Positions 12,773-26,629 of a stretch of DNA of 64,000 bases are shown piece by piece. The DNA lies in assembly GCA_964658305.1 (NCBI GenBank), contig OZ210885.1:18662001-18726000 (forward strand), given 5' to 3'. The stretch is from Leptogorgia sarmentosa. Lineage: Eukaryota. Position 1 is the stretch's first letter, and each line of letters starts with the position of its first letter. The notes beneath the pieces were generated by a model. The model had not been told where the DNA came from. It saw only the letters and a program-made list of their open reading frames with translations, and made no database searches. A program made the translations under genes and the position numbers.

Positions 12773-15700
12773 TGTTGAAAATGTTCCCTCCGTCGAACTG
12801 TAGTTCTTGACACAATCACGCTTTTTGGTATATAGGTTTTATTTAAAATAACCACAAACAAAATTAAAGTATTAAAATGTAAAATTCTCCCAAATCACGA
12901 TACACGATCCTCAAATTAGCGCACAGGCTATACAAATCACTCTGTCTCACACTAGGGTTCACTTCGCACTCTCTCACTCACTCTCACGGTCCAACTGACT
13001 CGCTTCTCTCTTTTCGTGACTATTTCACTCTCACCCTCTAAGTGTCACTCACTCTGTCATGGACTAATTATTAGCTATATGAAAAAATGTTATAAAATTG
13101 GATTATTCGTTCTGTCAGTCCCGACACACTCCCCCATATGGCTCAATCTTGAGGCATATGACCACAAGGGACTGGCTTCGTCATATAGTTCCACACACTC
13201 TGCGTGACAACCTGTAAAAACTAATGTTACTACACAAAATGTTGTCTGAATATTAAAAGAGTTACGATTCTTTACTGTCCGATTGTGCTTGCTGTTGTAG
13301 GCGTAATGTAGGCGTAATGTTGCCGCCGCCGCTGCGTCTCTTTTGGGCCGTGGGATGAAACTGGGTGCATGGGGATTGGGTGTCCATTTCTCCTCGTCGC
13401 AAGACAACTCTAATGGGTAAAGTTGTTGGATAGCTCTCTCGAGATTACCCTTCGCCGTCCGGACTTTCGCTCCCCATATTACTCTGTCACGTCCTTTCAT
13501 TACGTTTTCAACGACTCCCAGTTTCCATTTATTCCTGTTCCTTTCTTCGTCTTGGACGATAACTGCATCACCGATCTTCAGGTGTGAGGTTTGGTTACCG
13601 CTATATTGTTGGTGCCGTTCTCGCAGACTTCGCACATACACCCGCGTCCAACGTTTCCACATTGTTTCCTTGCACTTCTTCAAGAACTTTGCTCTCTCTT
13701 TCGTAGGCTCGTTTCTTCCAGATAGCGTGTCTTCAACTCGGGTAGAATGCTGGGATTAATATTTAGCATTGCGTTTAGGGTTAGGGCTGACAGTTCGACA
13801 TTGTCCTCTAAATAACTCAACGGCCGATTGTTGAGCGCTACTTCGATATCCAAAATCGACTCTTCTAATTATTCCCATTTGAGAGTTCCATTACCGATTG
13901 TCTTATAGAAGGCTCGTTTGAATAACCCGATCAGGCGTCCGACTAAATTGAATCTCCACTCGATCGTACGATCAACCAAGAATTCATGCAACCGCTTTAA
14001 CAATCGTTCTAACCACTTGTCTGCAGCTTTAAACATCTTTGCGTTGTCCAAGTATATCAACTCCGGTCGGCCTCGTCGCGCTATGAGCCTTTTGAGACTG
14101 GGCAAAAATTCTGCAACTTCTAGCGATCTCAACAATTCGAGGTAAACTACAACCGTAAAGGACCAAATACGCTTTTTTCTTGGCCTTCGCTTTCGATTGG
14201 TACCGAATTGGACCTGCGAAATCCACTCCTAGAACTTGAAATGGCGTTGAGCCTTGAGTTCGTGTAGGGGCTAAATTTCCAGGGGGTGGTTTGTTGTACG
14301 CTTGCGCCCTGAATCTCACGCATCCATGACAGCTGCTTCTGATTTGTTTAACAAGACAACGTAGCTTGGGAACCCAAAACCGTTCTCGAACATTTGCCAT
14401 GGTCATTGCTACACCACTGTGAAGTGTGGCGAGGTGAACTTGCTCAATAACTTCCTCTGTGTAAGTGCAGTCCCGAGGCAGATAAATCGGGTATTCGCCC
14501 TCGATCCTACCGCGACATTCAAGGATTCCCATCTCGTTCGGCTGAAGGTTAAGCTCACGTTTGATCGCTTCGATTTCCTGGCTGCTTTCTGCTTCACGTT
14601 GTGCCCTTTTGATCCACCACAGATCTCGCTCTTTGATTTCCTACGTTTTTAACGGTCCTGAATCTCGGTTGTCAGGTTGCACTCGACAGTTTCTGGCAAA
14701 TCTCTGGATCCAGGCGCAGATCCTCAGAACCTTTCGCAAAGGGTACTTTTCGATCAACTTGTCAAAGACATCGCTGTCTGTGGGTTGACTCAAGGTGGTG
14801 AGCACTTGAGTACTTCGTGCATGTTTGATTTCTTCATTAGCTTCCGAGCTTGCTTCGAGAATGACTTTCGGTGGCCATTTTGTCTTATCGCTTAACCATT
14901 CCGGGCCGCGCGCCCATAGCTCGTTACCAGCCACATTACCTCCTCGACTCCCTAGATCAGCAGGGTTCTGGTTCGTTGGTACATGATGCCATTCGACCCG
15001 TTTATGCTCTTGAATTTTCTTTACACGGTTGGACACAAACTGGCGGTACTCCCCTTGGCTGTTGATCCAATGCAACGCGACGGTAGAATCTAACCAACAA
15101 TGTACCGACGTGACTTTCTCGTTGCCAATCGCCTTCTCCACATTTGTTACCAGGTTCGCCGCCATATGGCCTGACACGAGCTCTAACCGTGGGATCGTGA
15201 GGTTCCTCTTCGCGATGCAAGACTTTGAACACACAAGACCTTGCGTTATGCCATGTTCTTGTTCGACCACAGCGTACACGGCCGCAGCGTCTCCATCCTT
15301 GCTGGCATCACCAAAAGCGTGTAGGCTAACCGACGAGATGAATTGTTGGTTGGGAGCCAATGTCCTTGGTACTGTGTAGCATTCTGGGAACTGTTCGTAC
15401 CACTCCTTCCATCGCTTCATTAAGGTTTCAGGGAATTCCCTATCCCAAGCAAGGTTTGCTTCACACATTTCTCGATAGAGGAGCTTCCCAGGCAGTGTCA
15501 TAGGCGAGACCAAACCGAGGGGGTCGTAAACTTTGGCTAGCTGAGAAAGTGCACCTCTTTTTGTACTAGCTGGCTCTTCTTTGTTTGACGTCACACTTAG
15601 CGTATCTTGCGATTTGTCCCACGAAAGTCCAAGCAACTTTGTCTCGGATTCAGGATTGGTTCCCAACTGTTGCTTCGCGAACGTAGTTTCTTCTCCGTTA

Positions 15701-18593
15701 TCGTTGGTTGCTGGTTGGCGCGAAATATTTCCTTTCTCTTCGAGCTCTGAAATGTTGCAATGCCATTTGTGTAGCTTGAACGTTGTATCTTCGAAAACTT
15801 CGATTGCCTTGGTTTTCTTCTCACTCACTACTTGCACGTTCACACCCCCTGTCATCAGATCATCCACGTAAAGACCATCTCGAATTTCCTTTACCAAATC
15901 TGGATACCTTTTCTCCCATGATTTTAAATGCTCGTTGAGGACGCCGCCAAGTAGAAATGGGGAACAAGTTAAACCAAACAACGCTCTCGTGAATCTGTAA
16001 ACTGTGGCTACGTCCCTTCCTGGTGCTCTCCAATGAAACCTCAATGCGTCTCCTTCTTTTATTCGTACTTGCAGGAACACTTTCTCAGGATCACCTGTAA
16101 GGAGTATTGGGTAGAATCGTGAACGTACAAGGATGCTCCAAAGAAGATTTTGTAGAGGAGGGCCAGGATTCAGGCAGTCATTCAGTGAAGGTTGGGCGTT
16201 CGATTCTCTTGCTGATGCGTCGTATACTATACGTAACTTTGTAGTTTGCACAGACTGTCTCGCGATTCCTTTGTGGGGAATATAGAATTCCTTTCCGGTG
16301 ACTTCTGCTGGCACTAGCTCGATTATTTTCTGTTCAAGTTGATCCTGGATTATGTCGTCATAACGTTGGTAAGTTCCGTTTCTCTCTTAACCAGGTTGTT
16401 CAGCCTTCGTTGACTTCCCGTCTCGTTGGTTGGTAAATCCGGATGGTTTGTCTTCCAGGGAAGGTTTGTTTCATACCAACCCGCTTGGTCTCGCACAAGG
16501 TTTTCTTTAAAATCATTATAGACAGCTTCTTGGTCATTTTCCAAGGAGTCTGCCAGCCCTAAGACATCTAGTCGGCACAGATTCTCGAAATCCGCCTGCG
16601 ATGTTTGGGTCAGCAGCATGGTATTCTTGTCAAACTCGACTCCAGGACTCATAATAAACCATCCGAGTTTCATTTTTTCTGCTATGGGCTCACAATCGTT
16701 TCCAACGAGAGGCTTCGTGCTGGTCTTTATTCGAGTGTATTCGCCGTTTCCGAGTACTAGATGTATTGGTAATTGTGGCTTCGTATCATCATCGTCCATC
16801 TTAACCGATTCCAGATGTTGATATTGTTCTATTAAGCTTTGATAGTTCGGGTTATTAATTGACAGCAGTTCGGTTTTGTCAACTTTGGTTCGTACTTCCC
16901 GTCGATTGAGCTAATTTTCGCGTCATAAAATTCCATTCTCGTAGTCTAAGTGGTCATTAGCATATTTATGCGTTGGTGTTTAATCTCGCGTGGTTTTATC
17001 TTCAACGTGTCAATCAGCTTGGCAGATGCGTAAGAGCTCCCGGCTCCGGAGTCAATCAAGGCTCGACACATTATGTCATTAACTTTTACTGTCACGACAG
17101 GAAATATTCCCTCTCCACTTACTCCATCCGTCATCAACTTCTTGTCAGGATGCTCTTCGGTCTTGTCATTCTTTTGGTCGCATATCGAAGTGTGATGACG
17201 TTTGTTGCAGTTGCCACAGGCAGATTTGCTGGTGCATTCCGAGGCGCGGCACGTTTTTGTCGCGCAGTTGAAGCATAAACCCTTTTTTGCCAAAATTTTC
17301 TTTCGCACGCTTAGTTCCGTTATTTTTTCGCACTGGGTTGCTTTGTGCCCAAGGTCCCCGTCGGAATCCCTCATTACGGGCATGAAGGAGTCTCCTTCGA
17401 TTGCTCTCTTCCCGTTCTCTATCAACACTAGTGACAGGGTTTCTTTTTACCCATTGTTTTATGGCTTCGACTAATTTACCAAAATCCCATGATTCCCATT
17501 CAGGGTCGAGAATGGCTTTCGCCCAGTTGTAGCCCTCAGGGGTGAAGGGAAGGGCTTCAATGCAACGTTTTATTTTTGGTTCAAGCAACTCTAGCAGATA
17601 GTTAAACTTGGTTATTGGTGGGATGGAGCTTTTGTCTATCGCTTCGCAAAATTGGCCCCAGAACTTGGGTCAATTCATGTAAGACCCTTCGAATTTCGAT
17701 ATAGTGAGTTTTGGCAATTTAGCATTTTGCGCGGTAAATCCTTCACATTCCTGAGTTTCCAGTTTAGTTTTTGACTGCTTCGCAAGTTCAGCTTGCATTT
17801 CTAACTTTTTCTCATGCAACTTTAACTCGTACTTAAACTTCTCCTCCTGTGTTACAAACTTTTCTGCTCGTTCCGTGTCGACGAGCCATTTCTCAAGTCG
17901 CATCATAACCTCGTCAGCTTTGTCAAATTGTTGGTCAATTTCGTCACTCCATTCGTTAATTTTCGAAAGTTCTTCCTTCTCGGTTATTTTTGCTGCTTCG
18001 ACAGTGCGTTTGCACTCGTTCGTTTCTTTTGCAGTAGTTTGTAACGCCTCAAGGTGCCGCTCAAAAGCTACTCGCTTACCTGAGTCAAGAATGGCTTGTG
18101 CTCTTTCAACTCCAAAGCTTAGCTGCGTTAACTTCGTCTCCAGGTCCGTCATCTCTTTCTCCATACTCGTACAAGTACGTTAATGATCTTTGAATAAACT
18201 GGCGGTACAGTTATCCCGCCGGAGGTGCCACTATGTCGAAAATGTTCCCTCTGTCGAACTGTAGTTCTCGACACAATCACGCTTTTTGGTATATAGGTTT
18301 TATTTAAAATAACCACAAACAAAATTAAAGTATTAAAATGTAAAATTCTTCCAAATCACGATACACGATCCTCAAATTAGCACACGGGCTATACAAATCA
18401 CTCTGTCTCACACTAGAGTTCACTTCGCACTCTCTCACTCACTCTCACGGTCCAACTGACTCGCTTCTCTCTTTTCGTGACTATTTCACTCGCACCCTCA
18501 CTCTCTAACTGTCACTCACTCTGTCATGCACTAATTATTAGCTATATGAAAAAATGTTATAAAATTGGATTATTCGTTCTGCCAGTCCCGACA
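12773..18593 (-). mobile_element. Full-length but decayed BEL/Pao LTR retrotransposon
   Basis: LTRs at 12773-13126 and 18234-18593 (TG..CA, about 11 substitutions plus one short indel by eye); PBS TGGCACCTCCGGCGGGA on the minus strand (18214-18230); PPT next to 13127; gag, CCHC knuckles, protease DSGA, RT YVDD, RNase H and integrase fragments; flanking AAAC duplication. Confidence 0.93.
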
Positions 18594-19399
18594 AAACTAA
18601 TGAGCACACGAAATTTGTGAAAATTTTCAGTTGAAGTAGGTAGATGACCACTATCTGGTACATCTAGCACTGAGTTTATTAAAAAATCTATCTTTTTTAC
18701 AGTAGGAAATTTGTTAATGGAAGGCACTTTAAAAATGACTTGTGCACAAAAGCTAAGCTTTTTTAATAGTATTTGATTTAATCTAATCAAAATATGGAGC
18801 ATGTTGTACAAGTTATTAAAATTTTGTGAAATTTGGTGCCTTCAGACACAGATTAAAGAGTATAAGATTGCCAACTCGTGGTAATTTGTGATGAATTTTG
18901 TGGGCCCCTCATCACGATATGCTACGTCATTGCCACGCTCCCCACGAATTGCTCTGGTAAGTGTCAATTATCGAACCCACATATAAATGGATAGGAAAAG
19001 CGGGTTCGAAAGACGGAAAATCGATTTTTTTAAAAAACTGGCAACTCCAATGTGTCATTGGGCTAAAATATTTAACAATATAATTATGTAAGTTGTTTAA
19101 AATATTTGTTACTAATGTGTGATGATTTATACATTGTAAAAAAAATACAATGGTTTGTCTTGGGAAAATGGGGGAAGCCATGCTGTTGCCGCCATGGCCT
19201 TGTAGTAGGCTACTACTTATAGTGGTATAGTATAGTATTAATGGTTTTTGTATAGCATTATTAAATTTTTGGACGAATTTACTATCAAGTTTTGATACAT
19301 AGCAAACAAAGTTATTTTCAAGACCTGTTAGACCACCAAAACTATTGTTTGCCAGAAATGTAAATCGGAAATCCGAATGGCTTGTAAATCATTCGACTA

Positions 19400-20830
19400 A
19401 GTCATTCACTACAGAGTATTGAGAGTATTATTATCCTTAAGGCTGATAAAGGCAATACAACTGTAGTAATGGACCGGACAGAGTATGAGGAGAAGATATT
19501 GAACATGCTAAATGACCAACAGATGTACAAGAAGCTCAAGGGTAACTTTTTACAAACAAATTTTTGGAATTGCAATGCGCTCACCAGTGCCAAGTCATGG
19601 TGGCAAATCTACTAATGGAACACCTGGAGACTAAAGCATTAGATACCTTCCCACAACGTCCAAGGACGTATTATAGGTTTGTTGATGATAGACTTTCGGC
19701 AGTAAAGAAATCTAGTATTAATGATTTCGATAAACACTTAAACTCGCAAAATCCTTATATACAGTTTACCATCAAACATTATGACAAGGGTATACCATTT
19801 CTAGATACATTAAATGTTGTTGAGTCAGATGGGTCTATTAAGACGTGGGTTTATAGAAAGGCAACACATTCGGTTCACATCATCCTCTCCAACATAAAAC
19901 GTCCGTTGCCAAGTCATTGTATTACAGAGCAGACAAAGTCAGTTCAGATGAAGAGAGTTGGAGAAAAGAGGAGAAACTTGTTTCTGAATCTCTACAGTAT
20001 AATGGTTATCCCAAAGATTTTTTATCGAAGGGCAGGCGAACGATGAAACAGAAAGAAGCTGGTCTCGATAATAATAATGAGCCAGTACAAATGGAAATGG
20101 CGAAAGGCATGGCAGTACTTCCTTTTGTTCAAGGAACTACAGAGAAAATAAAGACAGTGTTAGAGTAGGTTGCAATAAGACCGGTTTCAACACTTAGAAA
20201 CTATTTAATGAAGCCCAAAGATAAGTTACCTCACTTAGATCAAAGAGGCGTCATTTATTCCATCCTGTGCCAGGATTGTGATGTTAAGTATATTGGAGAA
20301 AGGGCTGTGCATTAGGAACAAGAATAAAAGAACATTATTCAAGTGTGAAGAATGGGAAGGCGGAAAATTCAGCTTTGGCAGAACATGTATTTGACATTGA
20401 TCATTGCATTGTGTGGAATGATACCAAAGTAGTATGTAAGGAAAGTCAGTGGTCGCATAGAAAATGGAAGGAAGCCTGGATTATGGAAAATGAGAAGAGA
20501 GCCATTGCCAACACAGACAAGGGCAGAACATTGCCGGAAGTTTTTAGAACGCTTATTGATAAAGACTAAATTATGCTTTCTTGACAATATAATGCACTAT
20601 TATGACTCTTTTGTCCAGTGTCTTATTATGGCTCTTTTGTTGACTCTATAATACACTTATATGTCTCTTATGACCTTCTAGTCTAATTATTCAAAAACCT
20701 AATATGTTAGTTAGGTCATTAACATTAAACAGTATTTAAGCGACTAATCATTTATGCCATTTTAATCCTGACGATGGATGCTTAGTCTGAAAGCTTGTTT
20801 CATACTTAAACTGTAAATAAAGTTTTTTTT
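19400..20830 (+). mobile_element. Degenerate Penelope-like element (RT + GIY-YIG endonuclease)
   Basis: IILKADKGNTTVVMDR, YYRFVDD, IPFLD, VYRKATH, GVIYSILCQDC..KYIGE..TRIKEH and SALAEH; frameshifts and internal deletions. Confidence 0.85.
20764..20797 (+). ncRNA. Candidate minimal hammerhead ribozyme (Penelope-associated type)
   Basis: Core boxes CTGACGA (20768) and GAAA (20789) separated by a weak stem II (GGA..TCT), followed by palindromic AAGCTT, at the 3' end of the Penelope-like element. Confidence 0.45.
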
Positions 20831-20869
20831 ACCAGTGCAGCATACTACCACTAAAAAGAAAAAAAAATA

Positions 20870-22402
20870 GCTGGGTGGTACTCGTAAGTTTCCTTTGTCT
20901 GAAGAATCTCTTGGCATTGATGACACGAATATCTTTCAAGGTATTTCTTCAGCAAATATCCAGCGAATATCGTTCTGAAGTCAGATTCACCGAAGGTGGA
21001 TGGTGTGGTTCTGGTAGGGGATTAATTTCCAATTACATGACCAACATGGCAAGTGTAACCAACAAGAATGTCGTCCAGATCTTTGCACAGTTCCCAGTCG
21101 ATAATGGTGTGAGGTAATTGTAAACGAAAAGGGTTCTGAAAGCTCTGCAAAATTGCTGTGGGGTTGTCAGAGTTGCCACCTTGTAGCCTTATCAGCCCAA
21201 AGAGGTTTTCCAAAGGGTCTTGATTGAGACATCTTGTGAGCAGGTATTCCAGTTGTCAGTCATTGTGAAGGTGATCCCACAGTATAAGAATTCCATTCTA
21301 GGTCATCACGAAACCTTTGAGGCATTTTAGTTGGTTTGTTATGTCAGCATCAAATTTTGTCTGCTTGTCAACAACTTTGATTGATGCAATTAACTTCGGC
21401 ATTTCTTTGATGTAGGGAATGTGGTTGGAACTTCTCTGATTGTTTTTTTTTGTACATCTTTGCACTGTTTAAGGTGGAACTATTCAGGGAATCAAATAGG
21501 TTGTCGAACTTTTATATCAGTTCAGCCGTGCCTGTAGCAGTCACGGTTATAGACCACTTTGATGTCATGCTTCGAGGAAATCAACCCACTTTTTTTACCA
21601 AAGTGAAAATTGTGTTTCATCAAATTATTTCTGACAGCTTTTATCAAATGGGGAGTGTCAAAGAGAGAAACAATTTTCTTTCCTTTATAGATAAACCATG
21701 GTTGTTGTGGTGTAATCTTTAGATCTGTGAGCAACTTGTGGAAGTTGGATCCTAGGTCAGATACTATAATTACCACATGAAGGCCAACTGCAGTCAAGGT
21801 ATCATTTCGTAAAGCTTTGTCTGGAGCTTTCCACTGGGGCAGGAATCATTCACCAGCAGATAACCAAGTGGCTGTTTCCAATTTACCTTTGTCCCTCTCG
21901 CCATGAACACCAAAGCTTATGTTGCAATGTTGTCTGTTCTGTCGCCATCAACAAAATCTTCAATGCCAACCACTTCATCTTTGGCCGAGTCGTACTGAAG
22001 ATTTGCTTCCAATGGGATCATTGCGAGTGTGCACAACCTGCATGACTCCTCCATGACCTCCACTTTGCTTTTGAGGTAACCGTTGGCCATTACAGAGATT
22101 CCAGCTGATATAGATGTGCCAGTAACCCAATTTTTTAAAGACTGCTTTCAGATGGCAGCTTGAAAAATTTGATGTCATGAAGAGAAAGAGCAAATGACTT
22201 CAAATATCGTTGCCATTTGTTCTTGGTGCCAAAATCTTTATCTGCATTGTGATGAAGGTGACAAGGTTTTCTGGAAGGAATGTTTTCAGTGCTCTTTCAA
22301 GGGCAGTTTTCGTACCCACTTTAGGGGATTTCTTCTTGCTGTTCAAGGCATGACGAAGGCCCTGTAGCTGTTTCTTTTGTCGGGCAATTGTTCACTTGTA
22401 AG
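20870..22402 (-). pseudogene. P-element/THAP9-like transposase remnant
   Basis: [22 protein letters not shown] and TRCLNQDPLENLFGLIRLQGGNSDNPT; interrupted at 22403 by a hAT. Confidence 0.8.
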
Positions 22403-25115
22403 CAGTGGCGGACACTTCCCAAAATATTGGGGGGGGGGCTGATGATGCAATATTGGCATAAAGCTTTGTTCATTCTGTGATATTAAATAGGAGAAAAATT
22501 GCAAACTTTACTTATTTTTAACATAATATCAATGTAGCCAACTTTTTGGGTCTTCTGGTGCCAGGATGTCTGTCTGTCCGACAGACGAAACTTTCGTGGG
22601 AGAAGTCAGACAACGTGCTGTCTAAAGGCTGAAAAGCCTTGTCGGTCATCACAGCATAAGTACACAAAATAAGACTAGACTATGCAATTGCTTATAGTTA
22701 TATAAGAATAAGTTATTTAAGAAATCAACAGAAATTCTTATTTTTTGTTTGAATTTGGAAGTTAATGAAGAGAAAAGCAGGCATGCCAATTACTAGCTTT
22801 TTTACGAAGATTACAACTTCCACACCGTCTACCCCTGCAAATGATGATAAACAGGAATTGCCATCTCCATCCTTTGAAGCTATTGTTCAACAAGTCAACC
22901 ATCATGTTAATCAAACTGGCAACTCTGTGAACAATACTCTTGGATCATTGGTAAATGGCCTATGTCAGCCAAAGTTAAAGTGTTACCCAAAGGGACAGTA
23001 TAGTTCCATGGTTAGAGTATAGCACAATAGAGGACAGAGCATTTTGCTTTGCTTGCAGAAATTTCAGCACGTCCACCTCGAAACGTGATGCTGCATTTAC
23101 AGAAAATGGCTTTAATTCTTGGTCAAAAGCATTAGAAAAAAATTGTGGACTGAAAGGTCATAACTCAAGCTCTGACCATCTCCTGTCAATGACCGGAAGG
23201 TATTATAGCTCATATGCTTGACCCACACAGAGCTTCTCTGGTTCAAAATAACCGCGAATACATGATAACACTACTGCAGTATCATCGTTACTTTTGCATG
23301 GAAGAGATGGCATACAGGGGACACGACGAAACAGATGAGTCACCTAACCCTGGCAAGTGGAAACGATTCATCGAAACCATGCTGGTCACCAACCCAACGT
23401 TTAAACAGCAGCAAGACAGACTAAAACAACAATACAAAACTTACGATTACACGTCAAAACGTTCTACAATTGAATTAATTAAAGCAATGGCAACAGAAGT
23501 GAGGCAGCAAATTAAAGATCAAATTGAAAGATCTGGTATGTATACAATACTTATCGATGAATGTAAAGACAATGCTGGTCATAGAGAACTTTCCACCTGC
23601 TTCAGGTATGTTAATGATGATGAGGAAGTGCAGGAACGTTTTTACAAGCTCACTAGAATGAAAGAAACTGACGCTAAGACGATAACAGCGGAAGGAGTTT
23701 TACCCATAAGTAAGGAATTCGATTCTTCTGCAATTCTTCTGTCACTTGGAGCGGACGGTGCGTCTGTGATGAGTGGATGTAACGAAGGTGTCCCTGCAAA
23801 GCTTGAAAGGACTTATCCTTGGCTAATCTATATTCATTGTGCTGCACATTGATTGAATTTAGTAGTCGTTGCATACTTTTGTAAAATCAATGTAGCCAGT
23901 ACTGTTATTAAAGCTTACAAATCATTGCATACTATCTTCAATGTTGCAAGTCACCAGTTTGAAGCCGTGCAACGAGAACTCTTTCCTAAAGAGCAGGTAA
24001 TGGTTGCTTTGTCCCTCACAGAAGTGTGCTGGGCTTGCAAGTTTGAAGGTATTAACACGATGGTGAGAAGATATCAAGCGATTTTAGTAACGCTCCAAAA
24101 GATCAGTGCCACAAACTCAAACCAAGCCGATTCTGCAGCGGGCCTTTACCACAAGTTACTTTCTGGTAGATTTGCTATCTCTCTCTGCTTCATTCACAAA
24201 GTTTTATCCATAATGAATGGTTTAAGCAAGTTGATGCAGGACGAAACAATCAAGTAGATTACGGTTAGCAACGAAATGCTTGCGGTGAGAAAACGCTTGG
24301 TTGAGCTAGACTGTGATGAAATTTCTGAATCGGCTACTAAACTGTGTTCAGACATTGGAATAACACTCGACTATGAGGATCCCATAAATAACATCAGGGA
24401 TGGAGAAGATCCTACTAGTGACTTGTGCGAAAGCCTGAAATCGTCAACTGTTCTGTTCCTGTTACAAGAACTGGAACGACGTTTCTCCTCCAGCAATGTT
24501 GAAATTTTGAGTGCGATGGATGCTTTGGATGCATCGAACCAAGGATATCTGGACTATTCGACTTTAAGTCCTTTAGTAGATCGTTTTGGAAATGGTCTCA
24601 AAATTGATTCTGGTCTCCTCAAAACTGAGTGTGAAAGAGCAAAGATTATTACAACAGCTGGAAAATACATTGATTCCAAACTATACCCGAATCTATTCAA
24701 AGTGATCAGGATATCGAAGACCATCCCTGTCGGTACTGCCACAGTTGAACGAAGTTTCAGCGTAATGAATCATATACTTAGCTGGGCTCGCAACAGCCTT
24801 AGTTATACATTAGCGAGTGACTTGATGTTATTGTCAATGAACAAAGATGTACTCCGGTCAATTAATCTGAACAATGTTTTAGATCATTGGGTCAATCAAA
24901 AATCCAGAGTTGTAGCATTTAAATAAGATGTGCTAGTGCCCTCTCACTCTTTATAAACCTTTAATGAAAAGTAGTCAGTAGTGGTATTATAGTATGTTGC
25001 ATTAAAATGAATAGTGGACAGTATTAATGTAATTATTTTTAATTGACAAGGTTATCATTTGATTGAATAAAAAAACAGTTCTTGAAAAATATTGGGGGGG
25101 CTTGCGCCCATGCTG
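22403..25115 (+). mobile_element. Degenerate hAT transposon (ZMYM1/DUF4371-like transposase, 22765-24926)
   Basis: Left end CAGTGGCGG with subterminal AAAATATTGGGGGGG, repeated near 25090; motifs FCFACR, AYRGHDE, IDECKD, ADGASVMSG, IHCAAH and dimerisation domain IPVGTATVERSFS; right terminus and TSD not intact. Confidence 0.85.
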
Positions 25116-26029
25116 TATCAATGGAGGAACCTGAACCATAATAAGAAATTGTCAACAGAAAGTAAAGTAGAGTTCAATGTAAAAATACTCACTGTAATTA
25201 CACATTGCTAACACTATATTCTTTTCACACAACTTCACCTTCAGTCGGCAAATGCTGTGAATGTGCTTCTATCTCTATAGTCTCTGCATCATTATGTTAG
25301 ATTGCAATGCTATTTCTACAACTTGTTGTTGGTGCCAGGCGAGAGACTACAAAAATGGAATGTTTAGGTTTAATATTTTACTATATTTAAAAATGGGAAA
25401 GTACTAGAATAATGAAATAAATTTATCCAATCTTAAATCTTAACTGATTTAGTCATTGAATTAGCCACTTTCGATTACTGTCTCGTTTAGCAGAGCTTGC
25501 CAGTTAGAACAGGAAGTGAGTGCTTTTATGTAAATGTTAATGAAATTACAACATTATGATATTTTTTAGTATTTGCATATCATATACGATGTCAGTATTT
25601 GCCCTCAGCCGCTACAGAAAGGTCATATGTTGTACTTCATGTCTTTATCTTATTAAAAGTATTCATTCCAACCACAATTAACGATGTATATTGTATAGCA
25701 TACAGGCATGGGGTTATAAGATTACCAAAAAACAATTTTTTTAAACATGATAAAAAGTGGGGGGTTAATTAGATATTCGTCCCCCCCCTATTTTCAAAAA
25801 GTGGGGGACGCATCTCCCCCACCCCCCAGGATTGATGCCCTTGAAAATGAATGATAACATTTGTATCACTAAAACTCAAACTATCTCATAAGAGCATTGT
25901 CTCTGATCAACCAAGCACAAACACAGCAGTATTTGCGAAACGAGCAAAAACACACTCTCTGTTTGTGCCTATATCAGACAACGAATCAGACAACGAATCA
26001 GACAGTGAGCGCTTCTGGAAGATGCAGAG

Positions 26030-26300
26030 CAGGGACATCACAATGGCAATGAGAACAACTATGGGAACTAGGGGGATCTGAGAAACACATGAACGTCCTA
26101 GAAGTTAAGGCCATATCATTCATCCTTATTAAGTCATTTGTAGATCCGATTTGTCAGCAGCATGTAAAAATCCTCTCCGACAACACAACAGGCATCTCCT
26201 GTATAAACCATATGGGAACTAGTTACTCCAAGGAGATAAATCTTCCGGCAAAGGGGATATGGGATTTTTACCATATCTCGCTCACTACATAAATCTTTAG
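26030..26300 (+). pseudogene. DIRS-type RNase H fragment
   Basis: HMNVLEVKAI...HVKILSDNTTGISCINHMG matches the DIRS RNase H pattern HINxLExxA..SDNTTAVxYINxxG. Confidence 0.65.
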
Positions 26301-26629
26301 GTAAAGGAATCATGACAAGGAATCATGTGCACATTTCTTACTGCCAATTCTTTTGGTTCTAAATGCAGCTGGTACATCCAGGAAGTAGGTGTTAAGTGTG
26401 TCTTGAACTAGTAGGTTTTCTTTAGGTATTTTCTTTATGAGTAAACTGACTTATTCCACCAGTAGTGTTTGTGTTACTACTGTTAAACAGTACAAAAAAA
26501 GCAAAGTTAAACAACAATAAAATGATTTATATTTCAAACTCGAATCTCTAACTTCAAGTACTGCAAGTACATTACATGTGTGACACCATATCCGGAATTA
26601 AGGTACAGGAAGCAAACGTCATAATTTAA

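Noticed and set aside
25750..25842. G/C-run motif resembling a hAT or MITE terminus
   Set aside because: No matching opposite end or TSD found.
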